Source: an uncultured Lachnospiraceae bacterium (lineage in GTDB: Bacteria > Bacillota > Clostridia > UBA1381). Taken from it: a stretch of DNA of 45,014 bases. The position numbers and the translations under genes were made by a program. The stretch is taken from positions 1 to 45,014 of the forward strand of contig CAZBXN010000001.1 in assembly GCA_964496015.1 (NCBI GenBank). Reading direction: 5' to 3'. Of this stretch, positions 27,127 to 34,342 are shown piece after piece. Position 1 is the stretch's first letter. Each line of letters opens with the position of its first letter. The notes under the pieces were generated by a model. The model made no database searches, was not told where the DNA came from, and saw only the letters and a program-made list of their open reading frames with translations.

Positions 27127-28032
27127 TTGGATATAATTCACGCGGAAAAAATCGTTGATTATGACGGTACGGTTGCCGCGCTCGGTAATTTTGACGGACT
27201 GCACATCGCGCATAAGGCGATTATAAAAAGCGGCATTGAATACGCGAAGCAAAATAATTTGAAATCGGGCGTTATGCTGTTTGAGGAAAACTCAAAGGAA
27301 GTTACGGGCACAAAGCATATTGAAATCATAACGCCGAATAAAATGAAGCTGGAGCTTTTGGAAAAAGCAAATACGGATTTTGTGTATATCAGGAAGTTTA
27401 CGCGCGAGTTTATGCAGGTATCAGCCGAAGATTTTGTAAAGCTGCTGGTTAAGAATTTAAAGGTCAGGGCTGTCTGCGTGGGGTACGATTACAGCTTTGG
27501 ATATAAGGCGCAGGGCGATGTTGAGCTTCTTAAAACACTCGGCAAAAAATACGGCTTTCGCGTGTTTGTCACTGACGCGGTGAAAATTGACGGCGAGATT
27601 GTGTCGAGCACGAGAATAAGAGAGATGATAAAAGCGGGCGAAATTGAAAAGGCAAATAATTTCCTCGGCAGAAGCTTCTGCCTTGAGGGAAAGGTGGTAA
27701 AAGGACTGCAAAACGGCAGAAAAATGGGTATTCCGACCGCAAATACCGAATATGACAGCAATGTGGTTTTGCCGAAGGAGGGCGTTTATTTCGGGCTTAC
27801 ATACGTCGGTGAAAAACCGTTCAAAAGCGTAATAAATATCGGCAGAAACCCGACTTTTAACGCCGAAAAATTAACAGTGGAAAGCCATATCCTTGATTTT
27901 AACGGGGATATTTACGATAAAAACATACGCGTGTCGTTTGAAAAACGGATACGTGATGTTATTAAATTTAACAGTATAGACGAGCTTAAAAATCAGATAA
28001 ACGCGGATATTGAGAAGGTAAAGGAGTTTTAA
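27127..28032 (+). CDS. ribF: bifunctional riboflavin kinase / FMN adenylyltransferase
   Basis: 301 aa. TTG start with GGGAGG 9 nt upstream. ..ALGNFDG.H.AH..I.. and C-terminal ..GRK.G.PTAN.. / ..E.H.LDF.GD.Y.. motifs. Confidence 0.9.
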   Translation: MDIIHAEKIVDYDGTVAALGNFDGLHIAHKAIIKSGIEYAKQNNLKSGVMLFEENSKEVTGTKHIEIITPNKMKLELLEKANTDFVYIRKFTREFMQVSAEDFVKLLVKNLKVRAVCVGYDYSFGYKAQGDVELLKTLGKKYGFRVFVTDAVKIDGEIVSSTRIREMIKAGEIEKANNFLGRSFCLEGKVVKGLQNGRKMGIPTANTEYDSNVVLPKEGVYFGLTYVGEKPFKSVINIGRNPTFNAEKLTVESHILDFNGDIYDKNIRVSFEKRIRDVIKFNSIDELKNQINADIEKVKEF

Positions 28033-28033
28033 A

Positions 28034-29404
28034 ATGTTTACAAGCATAATTTTAGCGGCGGGAATGGGCACGAGAATGAAATCGGATATGCCGAAGGTTC
28101 TTCATAAGGTATGCGGAAAACCGCTCTGTAAGTGGGTTATTGACGCGTCGAAAACTGCGGGCGCGGACAAAACGGTAACGGTAGTCGGTCACGGCGCGGA
28201 TATGGTAAAGGAGCAGCTTGGGTCTGTTACGGAATACGCGCTTCAATCGGAGCAGAAGGGAACGGGTCACGCCGTTATGCAGGCGGTTGATTTTATCAGG
28301 GACACTAAAGGCAGCGTTGTGATTTTAAACGGCGATACGCCGCTTATAACTGCCGAAACGATTGAAAAAGCTGTTGAATACAGCCGCGAAAACGGCGAAC
28401 AGGCGACGGTTATTACGGCGATTTTGCCCGACGCGACGGGTTACGGCAGAATTGTCCGTGACGAAAACGGCGGCGTTTTGAAGATTGTCGAGCAAAAGGA
28501 CGCGTCAGACGAGGAAAAGAAAATAAACGAGGTAAATTCGGGAATGTATGTTTTTGACGCGCAGTCGCTTGTTTACGCGCTTGAAAAAATTACGCCGAAT
28601 AACGCGCAGGGCGAGTATTATCTTACCGATACGCTTGAGATTTTATTGAAAGCGGGTAAAAAAGTCGGCGCGTATGCGATTGAGGATAACGACGAAATCC
28701 GCGGAATAAACGACCGTGTTCAGCTTAGCGAAGCGGAAAATATTATGCGAAAGAAAATCAACGAAAAACATATGAAAAACGGCGTAACCATGCGTATTCC
28801 CGAAAGCGTTATAATTGAAGACGGCGTGGAAATCGGACGCGATACCGAGATTTGCCCGAACGTCACGATAAAATCGGGCACGAAAATCGGCTCGCACTGC
28901 GTTATCGGACAGGGTAGCGTGCTGGATAATGCGGTTATTCATGACGGCGTTGATATTTTGAGCTCGGTTATATTAAATTCGGAAATTGACGAAAATACAA
29001 CGGTCGGACCGTTTGCGTATGTGCGTCCGAATTGCAAGGTCGGAAAGAATGTAAAGGTAGGCGACTTTGTTGAGCTTAAAAATTCAAATATTGACGACGG
29101 CACGAAAATCTCACATCTTACATATATCGGCGACAGCGACGTCGGCAAGCGCGTTAATTTCGGCTGCGGCACGGTTACATGCAATTACGACGGCAAGAAT
29201 AAATACAGAAGTACGATAGGCGACGATTGCTTTGTCGGCTGTAATACGAATTTTGTGTCCCCGATAAATGTCGGAAACGGCGCGTACATAGCCGCAGGCT
29301 CGACGATTACCGAAGATATTCCCGATAAAGCCTTGTCAATCGCGAGAGCGCGGCAGGTAAACAAAGAAAAATGGCAGGACAAAAGGGACACTAAAAAGGA
29401 ATAG
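28034..29404 (+). CDS. glmU: bifunctional UDP-N-acetylglucosamine pyrophosphorylase / glucosamine-1-phosphate N-acetyltransferase
   Basis: 456 aa. ILAAGMGTRMKSD.PKVLH, ..Q.EQ.GTGHAV.. , and C-terminal left-handed beta-helix hexapeptide repeats. Confidence 0.93.
   Translation: MFTSIILAAGMGTRMKSDMPKVLHKVCGKPLCKWVIDASKTAGADKTVTVVGHGADMVKEQLGSVTEYALQSEQKGTGHAVMQAVDFIRDTKGSVVILNGDTPLITAETIEKAVEYSRENGEQATVITAILPDATGYGRIVRDENGGVLKIVEQKDASDEEKKINEVNSGMYVFDAQSLVYALEKITPNNAQGEYYLTDTLEILLKAGKKVGAYAIEDNDEIRGINDRVQLSEAENIMRKKINEKHMKNGVTMRIPESVIIEDGVEIGRDTEICPNVTIKSGTKIGSHCVIGQGSVLDNAVIHDGVDILSSVILNSEIDENTTVGPFAYVRPNCKVGKNVKVGDFVELKNSNIDDGTKISHLTYIGDSDVGKRVNFGCGTVTCNYDGKNKYRSTIGDDCFVGCNTNFVSPINVGNGAYIAAGSTITEDIPDKALSIARARQVNKEKWQDKRDTKKE
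28299..28309 (+). repeat. GGGACACTAAA motif copy 1 (in glmU)
   Basis: Exact 11-mer, read as aGG GAC ACT AAA (RDTK). Confidence 0.9.
29385..29395 (+). repeat. GGGACACTAAA motif copy 2 (glmU 3' end)
   Basis: Exact 11-mer, read as aGG GAC ACT AAA (RDTK), 6 nt before the glmU stop codon. Confidence 0.9.
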
Positions 29405-29413
29405 AAAATATAG

Positions 29414-29437
29414 AAGCTGTTGTCATGGCAACAGCTT
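29414..29437 (+). terminator. hairpin between glmU and pth (weak terminator or stabiliser)
   Basis: AAGCTGTTG (29414-29422) / CAACAGCTT (29429-29437), a 9 bp stem with a 6 nt loop. Only a short T run follows. Confidence 0.3.
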
Positions 29438-29472
29438 TTAGTAACAGGGATAAATATTGCGGAGGAAATTAC

Positions 29473-30039
29473 ATGTATTTGATTGTTGGGCTGGGAAATC
29501 CGGGGCGTCAATATGAAATGACGCGTCATAATATCGGATTTCATACAATAGATTATATCGCAGACCAAAAAAAGGTTAAAATAAATAAGTTAAAGCATAA
29601 GGCGCTTTACGGGGAAACGGAAATATGCGGCGAAAAGGTTTATCTTATAAAGCCGCAGACCTATATGAATTTAAGCGGCGACAGCGTTATTGAATTTGCA
29701 AAATTTTATAAAATTCCGCCCGAAAATATTATCGTGATAAGCGACGACATATCGCTTGACACGGGACGCATACGCGTGCGCGAAAAGGGCAGCGCGGGCG
29801 GTCATAACGGGCTCAAATCCATAATTTATCAGCTCGGAAGCGATAATTTCCCGCGCGTAAAAATGGGCGTGGGTTCGCCTGCTCATGCGGATTACGACCT
29901 TGCCGATTATGTCCTCGGACGCTTTTCAAGGGACGAAATCCCCGTTATGGAGGACGCGATTATTCGTGCGTCAAAAGCCGTTGAGGAAATAATTAAAAAC
30001 GGGGCGCAGTCGGCAATGAACAAATATAACGCAAAGTAA
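29473..30039 (+). CDS. pth: peptidyl-tRNA hydrolase
   Basis: The ATG at 29473 (MYLIVGLGNPG..Y..TRHN.GF) is preceded by GGAGG. 188 aa. ..GSAGGHNGLKSI.. Confidence 0.9.
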   Translation: MYLIVGLGNPGRQYEMTRHNIGFHTIDYIADQKKVKINKLKHKALYGETEICGEKVYLIKPQTYMNLSGDSVIEFAKFYKIPPENIIVISDDISLDTGRIRVREKGSAGGHNGLKSIIYQLGSDNFPRVKMGVGSPAHADYDLADYVLGRFSRDEIPVMEDAIIRASKAVEEIIKNGAQSAMNKYNAK

Positions 30040-30081
30040 AAGACTGAATAAAATCGCCCATCTCACTAAAACCAATCAAGA

Positions 30082-30092
30082 GGGACACTAAA
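30082..30092 (+). repeat. GGGACACTAAA motif copy 3 (non-coding, abuts the mfd ATG)
   Basis: Exact 11-mer immediately 5' of the mfd start codon at 30093. It forms the SD-like GAGGG plus spacer. Confidence 0.9.
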
Positions 30093-33000
30093 ATGGATTT
30101 TTCCGATATGTTAAAAGACTATCCGCCGTATAAGGGGACAGTAAAAAATCTGAATAATACGCCCATATCTGTCGCGGGAGTTGTCGAATCGGCGCAGGGA
30201 CAGCTTATTTATGCGCTCGGAAAAGAAAACGCCTCGCGCGCCGTTGTTATAACGTACAGCGATATGGAGGCGCGCGCCATGTATTCGGATTTGTCGCTTT
30301 ATACGGATAACGCGCTTTATTTCCCGTCAAAGGAGTATGTTTTTTACAATATTGAAACGACGGGGCACAGGAACGAGCATGACCGTTTGGCAGTTCTCGA
30401 TAAAATCACGGACAGCGATAACTGCATAGTTGTGACGAGCATTGACGCTGTTTTGCAATACACTGCAAAACGCGAGGAATTCAGTAACAGCGTTATTGAT
30501 TTTGAGCTTGGAAAGCGGTTTGATTTGGAACAGCTTACCGAGCGGCTTGTTGAAATAGGCTACAGCCGCGAGGATATGGTCGAGGGCGTGGGACAATTCG
30601 CGGTGCGCGGCGGTATTCTTGATATTTTTTCGCCCAACGCCGAAAATCCAGTCCGAATTGAATTTTTTGATGACGAAACCGACTCGATACGTTCGTTTGA
30701 CGTTTATACTCAGCGTTCGCTTGACAAGCTCAGTTCCGCACGGATAATACCGACGGTTGAGGCTATTTTGTCAATGGACAAAAAGCGCGAAATTGTCGCG
30801 TTTCTTGAGGACGAAGTCAGAAAGGCAAAGCGCAGGAAAGCCGATATGACGGAGTTTATAAACACTGTAAACGCCGATATTGAAAGCTTTAACGAGCGTC
30901 ATTATTTTCCGTCAATCGACAAATATGTTTCCATGATTTACGGCACGGTTCCTACGGTGCTTGATTATTTTGACGAAAACGACCTTGTTTTTGTGATTGA
31001 CCCCAAACGTATTGCCGAGCGCGGCAAAACCTTTGAATGGGAAAAAGGGGAAATTATAACCGAGCTTAAAAACAAGGGCGTTTTGGGGACACAAAAATCT
31101 ATCAGGGTGTTTTTGCACTACGCCGAGGCGATAGAAAAAATGACGCGCAAAAAAGTTGTGTCGATAGACGTTTTGTCCCATACGCGCACAGATTTTAATT
31201 ACAGGCATCTTGAAACCTTTATTACGAAAACGACGATTTCATTTCACGGCAAGATTGATTATTTATACGAGGATTTAAAGTCGTGGCAGGAGAAAAATTA
31301 TACTGTAGTAATTTTGGCGTCCACGCGCGGACGCGCGGAAAATCTTGCGGGTGTTTTGCGGGAACGCGGAATAAAGGCGAGATTTATAAACGGGGACGCT
31401 AAAATTGATGGCGCAGGGGACACTAAATTCAAACAGGGTGAAACCGTAATTGTCAGGGGAAATCTCAATAAGGGCTTTGAATATCCCGACATTAAATTTG
31501 TCCTTGTATCGGACAGGGAAATTTTTGAGAGCAAGAAAAGCCGTCAGAAGAGAAAGGCGGATAATACAAACAGGATAAAATCGTACACCGATATAAGCGT
31601 CGGCGATTATGTTGTTCATCAGACGCACGGAATAGGTAAATATATGGGGACACAAAAAGTGACGGTCAACGGAATTACAAAAGACTATCTGAAAATTCAG
31701 TACCGCGGAACGGACTCTTTATATGTCCCCATTGACCAGCTTAATATGCTGTATAAATATGTCGGCAATACGGAAAAGGAGCTCAGGTTAAATAAGCTTG
31801 GCGGCGCGGAATGGAATAAAACGAAACAGAGAGTTAAAAAATCAACCGAGGATTTGGCGCGTCAGCTTGTCGCGCTGTATGCCGCGCGCGGAAAAATCAA
31901 GGGTCACGCGTTCAGCCCCGATACGCCGTGGCAGCGCGACTTCGAGGATACGTTTGAATACACCGAAACCGAAGACCAGCTTCGTTCGATTGAGGAAGTC
32001 AAGCAGGATATGGAAAGCGAAAAGCCTATGGACAGACTTCTTTGCGGCGATGTGGGCTTCGGCAAAACGGAGGTTGCGCTCCGCGCCGCGTTTAAGGCGG
32101 TCAATGACTCCAAACAGGTCGCGTACCTTTGTCCGACGACAATCCTCGCAATGCAGCATTACGAAACGTTTTTAAAACGTATGGAAAATTTCCCCGTAAA
32201 AGTTGAAATGCTTTCGCGTTTTCGGACGCAGACGCAGCAGAAAAAAATACTTAAACAGCTAAAAGACGGAGAGATTGATGTTATAATCGGAACGCACAGA
32301 ATCTTGTCAAAGGATTTGGAATTTAAAGATTTGGGGCTTTTAATCGTGGACGAGGAACAGCGGTTCGGCGTCGCGCATAAGGAGCGGCTCAAGGAACTTA
32401 AAAAGAATGTAGACGTACTCACCATGACGGCGACTCCGATACCGAGAACGCTGCATCTTGCAATGACGAGCATACGCGACATGAGCGTGCTGACCGAGCC
32501 GCCCGAAAACCGCTATCCTGTTGAAACCTATGTTCTGGAGGATAACCCTGCCGTGATTTTGGACGCGATACGCAATGAATTGTCGCGCGGAGGTCAGGTT
32601 TTCTACCTCTACAACCGTGTTCAGGGCATTTACCGAAAAGCGGAGTGGATAAAATCGCAGTTCCCCGACATAAATGTTGCGGTCGGTCACGGCAAAATGA
32701 AGGAGGACGAACTTGAGGACATCATGTATGACATGGTAAACGGCAAAACCGACGTCCTTGTCTGCACTACCATTATTGAAACGGGGCTTGATATTCCGAA
32801 TGCGAACACGATTATAATTGAAAACGCCGACAAAATGGGATTGGCGCAGCTTTACCAGCTCCGCGGGCGCGTGGGACGTTCAAACCGCATAGCGTATGCG
32901 TATCTGACGTACCGCAGGGACAGCATTTTGTCGGACGTCGCGTCAAAAAGGCTTCGCGCGGTAAAGGAATTTACCGAGTTTGGCTCGGGCTTTAAAATTG

Positions 33001-33623
33001 CCATGCGCGACCTTGAAATCCGCGGCGCGGGCAATATTTTGGGCGCGGAGCAGCACGGGCACATTGACACGGTCGGCTATGACATGTACTGCCAGATATT
33101 GAAAGAAAGCGTCAGCGAGGCGCAGGGCATTGAAACGAAGCCCGAGATTAACGTGTCGGTTGATATTGAAATTGACGCATATCTGCCCGAGGACTATATC
33201 GGAAACCACAATCAGCGCATTGATATGTATAAGCGTATCGCGGCGATTGAAACGGAGGAGGATAAATTTGAGGTCGAGGATGAGCTTATTGACCGCTTCG
33301 GCGACATTCCAAAGCCCGTGCAGAATATTATAAATGTTGCGTCGCTGAAATATCCCGCGCGAGAGGCGGGAATTTACGAAATCGCGCAGCACGGGAATGT
33401 TTTGCAGCTCAAATTTAACGAAAATTATGTGTCGGCGCAGCTTATAATGGGGCTTGACAAGAAGTTCCCGAGAAGAATTAAGCTTCTCGCGACCGAAAAG
33501 CCGACGGTGAATATCGCGCTGAAAGGCGAGGAAAAGAATATCACGGAATTTATTGACGGCGTGATTGCCACGGTAAAGGAATTGGAGGAAAAAACCGAAG
33601 AAATCGATATTTTGATAAAATAA
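30093..33623 (+). CDS. mfd: transcription-repair coupling factor
   Basis: 1176 aa. CarD-like ..GDYVVHQTHGIGKY.. , helicase motifs GDVGFGKTEVA, DEEQRFGV, TATPIPRT, QLRGRVGRS, and a TRCF C-terminal domain. Confidence 0.95.
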   Translation: MDFSDMLKDYPPYKGTVKNLNNTPISVAGVVESAQGQLIYALGKENASRAVVITYSDMEARAMYSDLSLYTDNALYFPSKEYVFYNIETTGHRNEHDRLAVLDKITDSDNCIVVTSIDAVLQYTAKREEFSNSVIDFELGKRFDLEQLTERLVEIGYSREDMVEGVGQFAVRGGILDIFSPNAENPVRIEFFDDETDSIRSFDVYTQRSLDKLSSARIIPTVEAILSMDKKREIVAFLEDEVRKAKRRKADMTEFINTVNADIESFNERHYFPSIDKYVSMIYGTVPTVLDYFDENDLVFVIDPKRIAERGKTFEWEKGEIITELKNKGVLGTQKSIRVFLHYAEAIEKMTRKKVVSIDVLSHTRTDFNYRHLETFITKTTISFHGKIDYLYEDLKSWQEKNYTVVILASTRGRAENLAGVLRERGIKARFINGDAKIDGAGDTKFKQGETVIVRGNLNKGFEYPDIKFVLVSDREIFESKKSRQKRKADNTNRIKSYTDISVGDYVVHQTHGIGKYMGTQKVTVNGITKDYLKIQYRGTDSLYVPIDQLNMLYKYVGNTEKELRLNKLGGAEWNKTKQRVKKSTEDLARQLVALYAARGKIKGHAFSPDTPWQRDFEDTFEYTETEDQLRSIEEVKQDMESEKPMDRLLCGDVGFGKTEVALRAAFKAVNDSKQVAYLCPTTILAMQHYETFLKRMENFPVKVEMLSRFRTQTQQKKILKQLKDGEIDVIIGTHRILSKDLEFKDLGLLIVDEEQRFGVAHKERLKELKKNVDVLTMTATPIPRTLHLAMTSIRDMSVLTEPPENRYPVETYVLEDNPAVILDAIRNELSRGGQVFYLYNRVQGIYRKAEWIKSQFPDINVAVGHGKMKEDELEDIMYDMVNGKTDVLVCTTIIETGLDIPNANTIIIENADKMGLAQLYQLRGRVGRSNRIAYAYLTYRRDSILSDVASKRLRAVKEFTEFGSGFKIAMRDLEIRGAGNILGAEQHGHIDTVGYDMYCQILKESVSEAQGIETKPEINVSVDIEIDAYLPEDYIGNHNQRIDMYKRIAAIETEEDKFEVEDELIDRFGDIPKPVQNIINVASLKYPAREAGIYEIAQHGNVLQLKFNENYVSAQLIMGLDKKFPRRIKLLATEKPTVNIALKGEEKNITEFIDGVIATVKELEEKTEEIDILIK
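31417..31427 (+). repeat. GGGACACTAAA motif copy 4 (in mfd)
   Basis: Exact 11-mer, read as gGG GAC ACT AAA (GDTK). A one-mismatch copy GGGACGCTAAA lies 24 nt upstream (31393-31403). Confidence 0.9.
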
Positions 33624-33747
33624 CCCTTACGTTAGCAGAGTGGGGGTTATTTTACTTTTGCAGTAAAAACTATAAGAATCATACCAACTAAGAAAATCAA
33701 TCTCAAAGCTTTATATATGAAAAAGATTTTACCGCGCTTTAAAATTC

Positions 33748-33816
33748 AAAAAATCGGAAAAATTTTCAAAAAAATTTAAAAAACTACTATTATTTTATAA
33801 TAATTTATGGTAGAAT
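33748..33816 (+). promoter_or_regulatory. phased A-tracts plus extended -10 element upstream of zapA
   Basis: A-runs begin at 33748, 33758, 33768 and 33778 (10 bp phasing). They are followed by TG-N-TAGAAT (33808-33816). The -35 is poor (TATTAT). Confidence 0.35.
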
Positions 33817-33841
33817 AATATTAAAATTAAAAGGAAACGAA

Positions 33842-34342
33842 GTGGTGGATATGACAAAAACGGCAGTTACGATAAATTCGCGCCGATATGACGTCGTGGC
33901 GGAGGAGAGTGCGGAATATATTGAAAAGCTTGCGGCTCATATAAACGAGAAGGTTGAGCTTGTGCTGAGAGGCGGAAAAAACATAATCGGCGAGCGTCCG
34001 ATTGTTCTTGCCGCGCTCAATATTTGCGACGAATATTTTAAGCTTCGCGACGACCGCCGGGCAAGCTCGGCAAACAGCGAGAACAGACGCCTGAAAGCTG
34101 AAATAAAAAAGCTGCGCGCGGAACTTAACGCGCAAAATGAAGACAATCAGATTTCTATTGACGAAACGGAAATAAAGGCGGAAAAAACCGACGCGGCAAA
34201 TAAGCTTGACAAGGCAAGCGCACAGATAAAATTCCTTGAGGGACAAGTTACGCTCCTGGAGGGCAAGCTGAAAAAAATGGAAGAGGACTACGCGGCGCGC
34301 GAACAGGAAATTCTCGATATGATAGACAAGGACACGAGATGA
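33842..34342 (+). CDS. zapA: cell division protein ZapA with an extended C-terminal coiled-coil
   Basis: 166 aa. ..VTINSRRYDVVAEESAEYIEKLAAHINEKV... ..LAALNI.DEY.K is the ZapA core. The C-terminal half is heptad-rich (KLRAELNAQ.., LEGQVTLLEGKLKKMEEDY). The start is GTG 33842 or ATG 33851. Confidence 0.75.
   Translation: MVDMTKTAVTINSRRYDVVAEESAEYIEKLAAHINEKVELVLRGGKNIIGERPIVLAALNICDEYFKLRDDRRASSANSENRRLKAEIKKLRAELNAQNEDNQISIDETEIKAEKTDAANKLDKASAQIKFLEGQVTLLEGKLKKMEEDYAAREQEILDMIDKDTR

Noticed and set aside
33717-33779. 20-codon Lys-rich mini-ORF MKKILPRFKIQKIGKIFKKI in the mfd-zapA spacer
   Set aside because: It has no SD. The sequence is the A-tract block itself, so AAA (Lys) codons arise automatically. 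I treat it as non-coding unless ribosome profiling says otherwise.
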